Of a stretch of DNA of 64,000 nucleotides, positions 20,246 through 31,100 are shown in pieces (the stretch's first letter is position 1; each line of letters begins with the position of its first letter). The notes beneath the pieces are model-generated. The model did not search any database and was not told the DNA's origin. It saw only the letters and a program-made list of their open reading frames with translations. The position numbers were made by a program, and so were the translations under genes. The stretch comes from a plasmid: sequence record NZ_CP011600.1. One strand, written 5' to 3'.

Positions 20246-22836
20246 CGTTCATATCCTCCGGGATCAAGGTGTTCCTGCATTTCCTGATACGCCTCGTAGT
20301 CGTCACGATGACGGAGAATGTTCTTTTCCTCGTCCGCCATGCTTCTGTTCGCGTCGCTGTAGCGCCCTGCGTCGTCTTCCTCAGTGCGTTCAGGTTCGGC
20401 CTTGTGGTATCCGGCGCTTCGCACCGTCAGCGTTCCTGCGTCATCTTTTTCCATCTGCATATGCAGCTCGGGGGCTTCACCCTGTGCCGCACTGTCAGCA
20501 GCGTCAGCATCACTGTCTGTAACCGGCTTGCCGGCGCGTCTGGCCAGCATGTCCAGCGCACTGAATCCCGTCTTAACGGACGCCGGGGCGACCGGAGGCA
20601 CAACCGGCTCAGGAGGCGCTGGTACTTTTTCCGGCTCGGGCGCTTTTTGCGGCTCAGAAGGTGGTTGTGCGGTCCTGATACTGGCGGCAGGCGCTGGCCG
20701 GGCGACAGGTTGCGGGAATGGCCATACGTTTGAAGGCGGTGGTTCGCTGGCACTGACCGGCTCTGATACGGGGCGCACAGGCGGGGCTTCTGGCCCGTGA
20801 GTGTCGGTTGTCTGCTCCTGCGTCAGCGGGATAACGGAAGCAGGACGTGGCGGCGCTTTTTCGGGTACCGGCTTCGGTGTTGACGCCTTACCCGGTTTTT
20901 GTACCGGCGGCTTTACGGGTGTTTCAGTGGCCGGAATAGCGGAGGGAACCTGCGGTAACTCAGCACGGGTTGTTTCCGTTCCTTCCAGTATTTCTTCACC
21001 CGTCGGGAAACGAATCCCCGCAGCGGCAGCGCTGCGTTCATTGCCGGCAATAATGCTCTCCAGGACAGGACTCAGGCGGTCATGGAAATCGCGTTCGATA
21101 AGTGCGGGGTGATATTTCTTCTGCCTGCGATATTTGAGACTGAGTTTCACGACCGGATACTCACCCGGGAGGCGAATGTAAAACCGCAGGTTCGGCATTT
21201 TCATGACCTGGTCATAGTCCACAACCGGCTCGTTGACCTTATCCTTACTGATGGAGATACCGTCACGAACCTGGTCAAGACCGTAACTGTTCTGTTCACG
21301 GGCTTCACGCCGGCGCTGATGGCCAAGCTCCTCCTCCACCATCTTCGCGACCTCAGCACTCGGTGAACGTCCATACGCGCGGGTGTTAAGCAGGTCGAAA
21401 ATGGCTTTGGCCATCTCGCGGCCATAAATGTGGATTAACTGGGGGATGTTCTGCACGCCCAGCACAAAACAGCCGCCAAACTTACGGGCCTCAGCCAGTG
21501 TCTCATTCAGTTCAGGGATTTTTTGCAGGCTGGCTATCTCATCGCCGATGAACCACACACGGCGTTCACTGTCCTCACCCATGCTCTGGAGCAATAACGT
21601 AGCCAGAGAAAGCCACATGGAAATCAGCGGACGTACGGCCTTGCGATGACGGGCCGTCGTGGAAATAAACAGCCAGCTGTCGTTGTACTGTTCACTGGTC
21701 ATCCATTCACGGATGCTGAACTCAGGTTTGCCCTCTTTATCCAGCCCCTGCAGATACCGCAGTGATTTGGCATAGTTGGTTAACACGGAACGGATAGAGA
21801 TGGCGGTCTTTTCTATCTTTTCCTCAACCAGGTTGGCTGACGGCGTATTCCTGAGAAATTCACGCAAGCTCTTGAGGTCGATAGACAGCAGGGTTTTCAG
21901 GAACTTCTCGATGCTACGATCCGGGTCGTTCGCGAACTGCATTGCGCCATCACTGAAGATGGTCCGGGAGGAGGACACCCAGAACGGGTCGGAATCCCCT
22001 TCCACCGGCATCAGGGCCGCCGTCATGTTTTCGTAATCAACCACGTCCCGGCATTCCCGCCACAACACCCAGTTTTCACAGCGTTTGTCGTGCGCACAGA
22101 GGATTTTGTCACGCCGCTCATCGTAGTGTGTCTCGATGAAGGTGCCACCGGAGTCATAGATAATCGCGCGGTCGCCACGCCGGCGAATGTAGTCCAGCAG
22201 CCAGCGAATCAGGGTGGACTTACCTACGCCAATCGTGCCGTGAATAAGAAAGTTCATCACCTCTGCATCTTTGACCATGTAGAGGCCGCCTATCTGCAGA
22301 TCCGACTTTTCACCGGCTTTTTTGAGTAACCGGTTAACCTCCCGGGGCTTGTCGGTCAGCGTCATGCCCGAGATGAACTCATCCTCACTCTCTTTTTTGC
22401 CAATACGGCCCACGTACCAGGCGATAAGGCACCAGAGCAGAAAGGCCACCAGGCCGCAGGCTGAGGCAATGAATCGCAGATTTGCCATAAACTGGCTGCC
22501 CATTTCCTGCATCCACGGGTCAGCCAGTAGCTGTGCCGGCGTCATCTTCGTGGTACACAGCCGGCTGCCATCACCGCAGTGCCAGGTAATATCCCATGTC
22601 GCGGTGGTACTGCCCGGCGACAGCCCCAGTAACGAATGGGTGGGCCAGGCTGACCAGTACCAGAAGCCATTACGCAGGACATCGTCTGTCGTGGTAAGCC
22701 AGAACAGCACGCAGGTCGACACAATGAACAGCATCAGCATCCAGTGGAAAATCCAGTTGCTGACCTGGCCGAACATCCGCAGGCGATAGGCCGTCATCTG
22801 GCCGCCCTGCGTCAGGTATTTAGGGGTAAAGCTCAT
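20242..22836 (-). CDS. traD: Type IV coupling protein TraD with extended Pro-rich C-terminal region
   Basis: 864 aa. Two N-terminal TM segments, Walker A GTIGVGKST, FtsK/VirD4-like core. Overlaps the traI start by 4 nt. C-terminal ~200 aa is low-complexity and P/E/V-rich. Confidence 0.9.
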   Translation of the reverse strand: MSFTPKYLTQGGQMTAYRLRMFGQVSNWIFHWMLMLFIVSTCVLFWLTTTDDVLRNGFWYWSAWPTHSLLGLSPGSTTATWDITWHCGDGSRLCTTKMTPAQLLADPWMQEMGSQFMANLRFIASACGLVAFLLWCLIAWYVGRIGKKESEDEFISGMTLTDKPREVNRLLKKAGEKSDLQIGGLYMVKDAEVMNFLIHGTIGVGKSTLIRWLLDYIRRRGDRAIIYDSGGTFIETHYDERRDKILCAHDKRCENWVLWRECRDVVDYENMTAALMPVEGDSDPFWVSSSRTIFSDGAMQFANDPDRSIEKFLKTLLSIDLKSLREFLRNTPSANLVEEKIEKTAISIRSVLTNYAKSLRYLQGLDKEGKPEFSIREWMTSEQYNDSWLFISTTARHRKAVRPLISMWLSLATLLLQSMGEDSERRVWFIGDEIASLQKIPELNETLAEARKFGGCFVLGVQNIPQLIHIYGREMAKAIFDLLNTRAYGRSPSAEVAKMVEEELGHQRRREAREQNSYGLDQVRDGISISKDKVNEPVVDYDQVMKMPNLRFYIRLPGEYPVVKLSLKYRRQKKYHPALIERDFHDRLSPVLESIIAGNERSAAAAGIRFPTGEEILEGTETTRAELPQVPSAIPATETPVKPPVQKPGKASTPKPVPEKAPPRPASVIPLTQEQTTDTHGPEAPPVRPVSEPVSASEPPPSNVWPFPQPVARPAPAASIRTAQPPSEPQKAPEPEKVPAPPEPVVPPVAPASVKTGFSALDMLARRAGKPVTDSDADAADSAAQGEAPELHMQMEKDDAGTLTVRSAGYHKAEPERTEEDDAGRYSDANRSMADEEKNILRHRDDYEAYQEMQEHLDPGGYER

Positions 22837-23014
22837 ACGACACTCCGGATAATGCGCAGGGGTAATCCGCCCGTGTGAAACGGGCCGACAGTCTGTACAA
22901 GGGAATTAAGTATGTGGGCCGGGACCGGCCCGAAGGGGCTGATTATAAGGCGCGATGTGACGTCTTAATCTCGCTTCATCTTTCAGATTCCGCGCCCCGT
23001 TCCGTTCATTACCT

Positions 23015-23347
23015 TCAGACCGGACGGCGCAACAGATGAAAGATACGTTTAGCCGTGCGTTGTGCGTCATTCAGAATGCCGACCGTCAGAAAGGTCAGCA
23101 TGGAGGCCAGGGCACTGACAGCGATGAAAAACAGAATAAACACCATCAGGTTCGTCAGCCCCGTCCAGTTCCACGCGCCAGCCCCGGCATCCTGCAGGAC
23201 GGTCGAGTAGCTGAACAGGACTGAATTCTTGGCCAGCCATTTGATCACTGGCGCACCAAACTGTTCGGTCAGGAATGCCATCCAGGCGGACAGGACGAAA
23301 ATGAAAAACATGACTTTTATTGATGTACTCATAAATGTTTTTTGCAT
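23015..23347 (-). CDS. Small integral membrane protein (3 predicted TM segments), unknown function
   Basis: 110 aa with hydrophobic segments (VMFFIFVLSAWMAFL, LMVFILFFIAVSALASMLTFLTV). Located between the adhesin gene and traD. Confidence 0.4.
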   Translation of the reverse strand: MQKTFMSTSIKVMFFIFVLSAWMAFLTEQFGAPVIKWLAKNSVLFSYSTVLQDAGAGAWNWTGLTNLMVFILFFIAVSALASMLTFLTVGILNDAQRTAKRIFHLLRRPV

Positions 23348-23446
23348 GGGAATGTTCCTTAAAAATCAACAAAGCGTGTTCTGTTGCTTTTGGTGAAGCG
23401 AGGACTGAAAAAGGGATGAGTGCTGACAGGGAACGCGAATGAATAC

Positions 23447-26401
23447 CTACCAGCCGACAGCGAGGCCACCGGCCACGCCTACCGCCTGGCTGGAATCCCA
23501 TGTCAGGCTGACGCGCGCATTAACCCTCGGGCTTAACTGCCGCTGAATGCCACCGGCAATGGCCGTTTCACCCCGGTATGATCCGATGGCCATCCCGAAA
23601 CTGTTGTCGACGTCTTTAGTCAGATAGGGAATATTTGTCAGTGCCATCACGCCGGCGATACCGGCATTGGCGCGACGTTCATTACGGTTAACCCGGTCAT
23701 TGAGTTTGCTGAAGCGCTGGTTGGTATAGTTGCCGGCGCTGGCAAGCGTGTTCGCATCACCTGCAATGCGGGCGTCATGCTCACTGGCTACCAGGCTGTC
23801 TGTCCGGGAGTTGATGGCTGTTTCCCGCTGGTCTGTATACGCTTTTGCGCTGCCCAGCGTCTGCCGGTCCCCCTCGATACGGGCCAGTTGTTCTGTATCC
23901 ATCATTTTGTCTGTTCGTTTGTTTATCGCCGTTTCACGGGTGTCGGTGTAACTCCGGGCACCGCTGAGCGTCCGGGCATCACCACTTTCCCGGGCCTGCT
24001 GCTCGCTGGCTATCAGGCCGTCGGTCCGCTGGTTAATGACCGTTTCCCGCGTATCGGTATAGCTTTTCGCACTGTTCAGCGTGGCGGCATCCCCGTTCTG
24101 GCGCGCCTGCTGCTCGGCGGCCATCAGGCCATCCGTCCGCTGGTTGATGGCCGTTTCCCGGGTGTCGGTATAGCTTTTTGCACTGCCCAGCGTTGCTGCG
24201 TCACCTGCGTCACGGGCCTGCCGCTCGGTGGCCATCAGGCCGTCCGTCCGCTGGTTGATGGCCGTTTCCCGGGTGTCGGTATAGCTTTTTGCACTGCCCA
24301 GCGTTGCTGCGTCACCTGCGTCACGGGCCTGCTGCTCGGCGGCCATCATGCCGTCTGTCCGCTGGTTGATGGCCGTTTCCCGGTTGTCTGTGTAACTTTT
24401 TGCACTGTTCAGGGTGGCGGCGTCTCCGTTCTGGCGCGCCAGTTGCTCTGTGGCCATCAGAGTGTCAGTGCGCTGGTTGATCGCAGACTCACGGGTGTCG
24501 GTGTAGGTATTGGCTGCCGAGAGTGTTTCCGCATCACCGGCAATACGCTGCGATTTTTCGTCCGCAACCAGTCCATCAGTCCGGGCATTGATCGCCTGTT
24601 CCCGGGCGTCGGTATAGCTGTTTGCGGTACTGATTGCGACGGCAGTCTGCTGGTCATTGTAATTACCTGATTTTGCGAGGTTGTCAGCATCGCCGGTTAT
24701 CCGATCACTTTTCTCCTGGGCCAGCAGAGTATCAACGCGGCTGTTAATGACCTGTTCGCGTGCATCGGTATATCCCTTTGCACTGTTCAGCGTGGCAGCA
24801 TCGCCGGCCTGGCGTGCCTGTAACTCGGTAGTGAGGAGACTGTCAGTCCGGGTGTTGATCGCTTCCTCACGAATATCGGTGTAGCCCGTCGCGCTGTTCA
24901 GCGTGCTCACGCTGCTGCTCTGACGTGCCTGTTGCTCTGTGGCCAGCAGAGTATCAGTCCTCTGGTTGATAGCCGTTTCACGTGTGTCGGTGTAGCTCGT
25001 CGCGCTGTTCAGCGTGGCCGTATTTCCGCTCTGGCGCGCCTGCTGTTCGGTGGCCATCAGGCTGTCAGTCCGCTGGTTTATCGCAGCCTCGCGGGTATCA
25101 GTGTAGCTGTTCGCACTGTTCAGCGTGGCCGTATTTCCGTTCTGGCGTGCCTGTTGCTCGGTGGCCATCAGGCTGTCCGTCCGCTGGTTAATCGCAGCTT
25201 CGCGGGTGTCGGTGTAGCTGTTCGCACTGTTCAGCGTGGCCGTATTTCCGCTCTGGCGTGCCTGCTGTTCAGTGGCCATCAGGCCGTCAGTCCGGGTATT
25301 GATGGCGGTTTCACGGGTGTCGGTGTAGCTGTTCGCTGTGCTCAGTGCAACGGTGGCCGCATCGTGCAGCTGCTTCACATTCACGGCATCGGTGTCTGCC
25401 GTTCCGGTAGCGACATTCGTTAACTGGCGCTCATTGCCGGTGCTGCCAAATGACACGCTGCCTGCCCGGCTTCCAACAGAGTTATACCCAATTGCAACCG
25501 CGCCATTGCTGGCGTTTGCGTTCTGCCCGATAGCAATAGAATTGGCATCTTTTACTGTGGTTGTCGTACCAATACCAATGGCATCATCGGCATAGCTCAT
25601 CTGGCTGCCAAAGCCGATAAGAATACCGCCACTGTCATGTTCGCCGCCGGTGATGGTGTTGTTATTGCCGAGGATAGCGGAGTTGCTGCCGGCACTGACC
25701 GTATTGCTGTTTCCGGTAATACTGGTGCCGTCAGCGCTGGAGCTGAAACTGGTCGCTGAAAGGTCTTTAACCGTATTATTCGAGCCAAAAATATTGCTGC
25801 TTGTTGCCTCAACAACCGTATTGCCGTTACCGATGGCATTGATACCGTCAGACTGAACACTGCTGCTGTAGCCGAATATGTTATTGTAATTACCCGAAGA
25901 GGTAATATAGGACCCGGTCAGGTTGGTTGAAATGCCGGTGGTTCTGAGTTCATTGCCCAGCGTAATATTATTTGTCCCGGTCGCATTAATCGTAAAACCA
26001 AACGCGCCATTCCCCGATCCATCAATCGTTATCCCTGAACCAAACGCATTTATGTTCCCGTTTTTTGTATTATTATTGTTGCCAAAAACATTCGCATATG
26101 TATTAGCCAGTTGGTTATTCTGCCCCATCACATTCACGTCGCCACTGTTTACGACGTTGGCCGAACCCATAATTTCTGAGCAACTGAGATTATTGACGGT
26201 GTTGTAACTGCCGTAAATATCTGAGACGGAGTCAGGAGAAGTACAGCCATAACTGGCCCAGGGGCCTGAAAAAGTCGAGACGTTTCCGTCACCGAAAAAT
26301 GTCAGTCGCGTCTGTGACGGATCTTTAGTATTGGCCGCATGAGCAGAAAAGCAGATCACACCGACAACAATCAGTGCTATTTTGCTGAACGTAGTTTTCA
26401 T
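23447..26401 (-). CDS. Trimeric autotransporter adhesin (YadA-like: signal peptide, beta-roll head repeats, neck, long repetitive coiled-coil stalk, C-terminal YadA membrane anchor)
   Basis: 984 aa. Signal peptide MKTTFSKIALIVVGVICFSAHA. Head with NS.AIG-type repeats. Neck ERQLTNVATGTADTDAVNVKQLHD. ~20 tandem 26-aa stalk repeats (ANSYTDTREAAINQRTDSLMATEQQARQ.G..ATLNS). C-terminal anchor ...AIGSYRGETAIAGGIQRQLSPRVNARVSLTWDSSQAVGVAGGLAVGW ending in W. Confidence 0.85.
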   Translation of the reverse strand: MKTTFSKIALIVVGVICFSAHAANTKDPSQTRLTFFGDGNVSTFSGPWASYGCTSPDSVSDIYGSYNTVNNLSCSEIMGSANVVNSGDVNVMGQNNQLANTYANVFGNNNNTKNGNINAFGSGITIDGSGNGAFGFTINATGTNNITLGNELRTTGISTNLTGSYITSSGNYNNIFGYSSSVQSDGINAIGNGNTVVEATSSNIFGSNNTVKDLSATSFSSSADGTSITGNSNTVSAGSNSAILGNNNTITGGEHDSGGILIGFGSQMSYADDAIGIGTTTTVKDANSIAIGQNANASNGAVAIGYNSVGSRAGSVSFGSTGNERQLTNVATGTADTDAVNVKQLHDAATVALSTANSYTDTRETAINTRTDGLMATEQQARQSGNTATLNSANSYTDTREAAINQRTDSLMATEQQARQNGNTATLNSANSYTDTREAAINQRTDSLMATEQQARQSGNTATLNSATSYTDTRETAINQRTDTLLATEQQARQSSSVSTLNSATGYTDIREEAINTRTDSLLTTELQARQAGDAATLNSAKGYTDAREQVINSRVDTLLAQEKSDRITGDADNLAKSGNYNDQQTAVAISTANSYTDAREQAINARTDGLVADEKSQRIAGDAETLSAANTYTDTRESAINQRTDTLMATEQLARQNGDAATLNSAKSYTDNRETAINQRTDGMMAAEQQARDAGDAATLGSAKSYTDTRETAINQRTDGLMATERQARDAGDAATLGSAKSYTDTRETAINQRTDGLMAAEQQARQNGDAATLNSAKSYTDTRETVINQRTDGLIASEQQARESGDARTLSGARSYTDTRETAINKRTDKMMDTEQLARIEGDRQTLGSAKAYTDQRETAINSRTDSLVASEHDARIAGDANTLASAGNYTNQRFSKLNDRVNRNERRANAGIAGVMALTNIPYLTKDVDNSFGMAIGSYRGETAIAGGIQRQLSPRVNARVSLTWDSSQAVGVAGGLAVGW
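23760..25370. repeat. Tandem 78-bp coding repeats (~20 copies) within the adhesin stalk
   Basis: Visible nucleotide periodicity (e.g. ccgtccgctggttgatggccgtttcccgggtgtcggtatagctttttgcactgcccagcgttgctgcgtcacc recurring). This explains the cluster of overlapping artefactual plus-strand ORFs. Confidence 0.8.
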
Positions 26402-26704
26402 TGGGTATTCCTGAAATGCTGAACGGGGTTATCTGAGAGGGCTACAGGCGGGGCGTGCTGGAACACGCTCCGCCATCCCCATAATCTGGCCGGGTGGAAG
26501 AGTTTGTGGGTCAGGCGTAATTCAGGGTTGGGTTTTCATCCACAGGCGCTCGCCGCAACCATGACAGGGCAACGCGCTGTCATGGGAGGAAGCGAAATAT
26601 CCCCGAAATAACATCATGCACTTACGCTACCAGCCCGGAGACGAGCACGGTGGACGTTCAGAATGACGAAAGAAGGTTTGTGGCGGACACCACAACCCGG
26701 GATG

Positions 26705-27436
26705 TCAAAGGATGCCGGCGATAGATTTGGCCAGTTGCGCTTCAAGTACCGGTTTCGCTTCTTCGAATTTGAGATTCACCTTGTTCGCGTTCGATACCAC
26801 GCGGGTCTGGTATTTCGTGCGGTTGCCCTGCTCCGTGCTGGTCTGCACTTTAACCCCTGAAGTACCCTGTTTGAGCGCAGCCACATTACTGGTCGTCACA
26901 GGCGCTTTACTGCGTTCTGATATCTGCAGATCGGTCACCATTGTGTAATTCACGTCCTCAACCATTGCATCTGCGGCCATACCGACCAGACCCGTAGCCA
27001 GCCCGACGCCGAGCGTGGTACCCGCAGACCCGGTGTTATAGGCGGCAATACCCGCCCCCAGTGCCGCTGCGGTTGCACCCCCTTCATAGCCGCTGCTGAG
27101 AAATCCCTGGGACTGGCGCAGATCCATTTTTTCAGCTTTGAGCACACTGGCCTGTACCCAGAAATAAGCAGTATCAGATGAGGGCGTAACACGGTAGCCT
27201 TTCGCTGTCAGTTCTGACGCTATCTGCGACTGTAATCCCGACATATCCTTATCAGACGTATTCCGCACCTGAATAAAGACTGTCTTTTCAGACGTTGGCT
27301 CCAGCCAGATGGTTTCGCTCATCTGAGTTTTGACATCAAGGTCACGCTTTTTGATTGCAGTGCTCATGGCACCACAACCGGATAGCAAAAAGCAGGCAGC
27401 AGTCATCGCTGCCACGAGAGCATGGCGGTGTTTCAT
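26705..27436 (-). CDS. traT: Surface exclusion / serum resistance lipoprotein TraT
   Basis: 243 aa, near-identical in long stretches to F TraT ([29 protein letters not shown]...[29 protein letters not shown]). Lipobox LLSGC. Confidence 0.9.
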   Translation of the reverse strand: MKHRHALVAAMTAACFLLSGCGAMSTAIKKRDLDVKTQMSETIWLEPTSEKTVFIQVRNTSDKDMSGLQSQIASELTAKGYRVTPSSDTAYFWVQASVLKAEKMDLRQSQGFLSSGYEGGATAAALGAGIAAYNTGSAGTTLGVGLATGLVGMAADAMVEDVNYTMVTDLQISERSKAPVTTSNVAALKQGTSGVKVQTSTEQGNRTKYQTRVVSNANKVNLKFEEAKPVLEAQLAKSIAGIL

Positions 27437-27565
27437 GGATGTATCCTTTTTGATGATAAAAACGGAACCAGCGCACCTGGGGAGGCACGCTTTTTCAATA
27501 GGTATTATTCGGGGAGAACCCTTCCTTCAGGAGTGCGGAAGGGCGCTGTAACAAAGAAAGATGGA

Positions 27566-28141
27566 TTAAATCTTTTTGAGCAGATTACTGACTTTCTCGA
27601 GCGCTACTCCCGCACCGAGGCGGTTAATTTCCATTCCTACAACAATATTGACGATAAAAAATAAAGCAGCCTCAGAAGCTGGAACACCAAAAGCAAGCCA
27701 GGGAATGAAAGCACACAATAGTGTTGAAAGAAGCATCACTCCTAAAAAGAAAACTACAACTTTCTTAACAACCTTCTTCAAGTGCCTCAAAACTAATGAT
27801 TTCTCCCGAACTTCATTAGAGATAGTAAGATACAATATAAGGTTGTTGTAAGTCATGAAGGAAAAAAGCAGTCCAATAATTACAGTCGGTGCAATTACTA
27901 CCCACCCTTCCGATGTTAAAAAATTAAAAAAGCCATCAGAATATAAATTCTTATACCGGTGCGAATCCACAAGGTAAAAAACTAATGTGCTTACTAAACT
28001 GAGAATGAGTGACACTACTGGTATAAAGAAACACCTTCTAAGCAAGTCTGAATTAGAAGGAATAATTCTATTTCCTGACGAAATATTGTCAGCAAGCATA
28101 GCTATATCTGCATCAATTTCGGTTTTTGTGAAATTACCCAT
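27566..28141 (-). CDS. traS: Entry exclusion inner-membrane protein TraS-like
   Basis: 191-aa multi-TM, low-GC, poorly conserved ORF in the traS position between traG and traT. Confidence 0.5.
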   Translation of the reverse strand: MGNFTKTEIDADIAMLADNISSGNRIIPSNSDLLRRCFFIPVVSLILSLVSTLVFYLVDSHRYKNLYSDGFFNFLTSEGWVVIAPTVIIGLLFSFMTYNNLILYLTISNEVREKSLVLRHLKKVVKKVVVFFLGVMLLSTLLCAFIPWLAFGVPASEAALFFIVNIVVGMEINRLGAGVALEKVSNLLKKI

Positions 28142-28164
28142 ATTCCCTCTCCATTTAGACTCTA

Positions 28165-31100
28165 CTATGAGGCTTTATTCTGTTGAGCTCTTAGTGTTTC
28201 TAGTTTTTCTTGAAAACCGCCCCTTTTTTCTGAGCTATCCCAAATTGGCAACGTTTGCTTCAAATCTTCTTCGGTTCGACCAATCTGCTGGCGTTTCACC
28301 GCCCCCTGATGCTCTCCCTTGAGTATATCACTGGACGTCTGAACAGTGTTTTTATTTTCGTCAATTTTTCCGCCATTTTCCCTGACAGTTTCCGTATTGC
28401 CAGATCTTTGTGCTCTTACACTACTGGCCACATCATTACGGATACCGGCACCGGAAGCCTGCTCGCTTATCCGCTGCGTACCCTGACGAAAATCAGTGTT
28501 CATCATTTCCGAAGGGCCACTGGCAGGCGTACTCAGGTTACGCTCATGAATACCGACGTGTACATTTTCCTGCTCACGGCGGACCGGTGTGGTGGAAACC
28601 GTTCTGCCAGCAGGCTCATTACCCGGCTGAGACCGGTGCAGTGAACCTGCGCCAGGTCTTTCGGACTCCCCGCCCGGCATTCCCTGCTGCGTCTTCTGTC
28701 CCCCGGATGTGCGAACCGTACCCTGTACGTCATAACTGGCGTCATAGCGAGACGGCGTGCTACCTGCCGGTACAACCGGAGAAGAACCCGCAGGCTCACT
28801 CTGACCTGCAACTCGCTGACGTCCGCCGCTGATTGTGCCCCCTGTTTCACCGGATGGCGCATTCCGGACCATTGACGTTTGTGGGTCCGGTGTATTGCGA
28901 CCTGTCACAGTCCCCTCCTGGCTGGACTGCACCGGGTTTTCCAGTGTGCGCGACGGTTGTAATGGCTCACTGTTAACCTGCTCCGTTCGGGCGCCGTAGT
29001 TCCGCATGATTTCCGGCTCAAGCCGCTCGTGCATGAATTCCGTCGCTGCTGTCTGCGCACTTTTCACATTGGTCAGGATGTTCTGCGCATCGCTGCCGTA
29101 CTTCGCCGTTGTCCAGTTCACAAACTCCTGATTGTAGTTGGCATCCAGGCTTGCACTCTGCGATTGTGACAGCGTGGCCATGCGGCTGAATTCCTGGCTG
29201 CGTGTGCTGCTTTCGGTGTACTGATGGTACTGGCTTTTCGCATCGTTCAGCGTGGCTGCGAACTGCTGTGCCTGCGAGCTGGACTGGTTGTCCGTATGGC
29301 TTCCCGACTGACTCAGGCGGGTCGAAGTGACCATATCCATCCCTTCACGGAAGTCACGTGCTTCCTGGCTGTTCTGGTCATGCCGGTTATCCCGGCTTTC
29401 AGAATTGGTGTCCTGTGTGCCGTGCGCACTGCCGGAAGTATGTTGCCAGCCGGTATTAACGCTGGCCTCCCCGCCTACGCTGAGACCGGTCGCCCATTTA
29501 CCAAGTTTGCCGGCGAGCTGATCGCCGGAATCAAATTTGATGTACGCTTTGCCATCAGCCCCCATGCTGCCCCGGTTAGTGATATCCATGAGCTGGTTAT
29601 ACGCCTGCTGTTCGGAGATATTGTGGGATTTGGCATAACTTTCCACCGCCGACTGCATTTTGCTCGCGCCGCGACTGACATTTGTCGCCACACTGCTGTC
29701 GCTACCCTGCGTCATCGTGTCGCTGTTGCCGCTCTGACGGGTCAGCTGGTTCATCTGCTGGAAGCCACTGGTAACGCTGTGGTTGTAGCCATCAAGTGAA
29801 CTCTGTGCTTCCTGTTGCGCCTGGCGCGCCTGTTCGGAGTACCCACTGCTGGCCAGTGCGCTGAGCCGCATATTCACCGGCAGGTTAGAGATGGCTCCGG
29901 AGGTGTCATAGACCTGACTTCCGTCAGCCGTCTGTGTATGCATTGAGCCGTTGGTGGTCTGGAATGCCTGCGAGCCTGAGCGGTGCATCATGTTGGTGTC
30001 AAACTTGTTGGCATTCACATTATCCATCGACATGTTGTTAAACGACCAGTTGCCGTCCGCCGTGGTGGAGGCCTGCCCGCCAGTTGCAAACGCCGCCGAA
30101 CTCATAATGCTCCCCACAGCCTGCGAAGCCACCGAGGCTGCCCCCTTCGTCAGGAAGAAGGCCAGAATCGGTATCGACATGCTGAGATAACCAGCAATGT
30201 TGGCCGCATCCGAGTGCTGCAGTGCCACCTGGTCCTGGTTCGCCAGTACCAGTGCCGTGTTACCGGTTTTCGTCTGCAGATAGAAGTTAGCCAGTGAGTT
30301 GAGGATGGCAAACATCACCGGCCACATCTGAAAGTACAGAAAACCTCCGGCATAGAGTTTAAGCGTGTTCAGCCCGAAAATACTGTGGTTAACCAGTGCG
30401 AGCGCAATGACCAGCGGGAACAGTCCAATCAGGACCAGCATCATCAGCGACTGGAACATTGGCAGCGTGCGTGCGGCTATCACACCACCCGCACCCCAGC
30501 TGATGCGCTGTTTGGTCAGGCTGGACTCCGTGGCCAGGTTGAGCAGGTTCGCGGTGTCCGAAGACCGGGCCGCGAAGCCCTTCCAGCCGTCGCGGATCGC
30601 AGCATTGGTGATGTTGTTGCGCATAATCTGCGAGGCACTCAGTCCACCGGCGTAGAAAAAGTTATAACTTTCGTTCATTGAACTACTCAGTAGCGCGTTT
30701 GCATTGATCCGGTTGCCGAACAGCCGTGTCGCTAACGCATGCCAGGTGGTGCCCCCAAAACTGATATCCGCGCCGATCAGATTCTTAATGACACCGGCGG
30801 CCTGCTGGCAGGTAACGAACTGGCGCCCGCCACCGGTATCCTGATACACACCTCTTAACGGACTCGGGTTGTCAGTAATCAGCGTCAGCGGGTCGGTACT
30901 GTTCAGCAGCTGTGCCACGGTGTATTTGCTGTTGAGCAGAATGTCACCCACCACACAGTTTTCCACGTAGTCGGTGAGCATCTGAGCAAGCTGTGGGTTT
31001 TGTGTCCGGAAATCGGACGACTGCGCCACAATCTGAGAGCCAAAGAGCATGCCTGATTTTGTGTATGTCAGCGAATCGGGCCGTGCGAGCGCATAATCAT

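Noticed and set aside
22880-22960. GC hairpin gggccgg-gac-ccggccc upstream of the small membrane ORF
   Set aside because: Stable stem but no U-tract on either strand, so not called as an intrinsic terminator.
23730-25860. Cluster of overlapping plus-strand ORFs (e.g. 23777..24670, 24932..25423) with internal repeats
   Set aside because: Artefacts of the 78-bp tandem repeats in the minus-strand adhesin gene. The adhesin frame has signal peptide, YadA neck and anchor.
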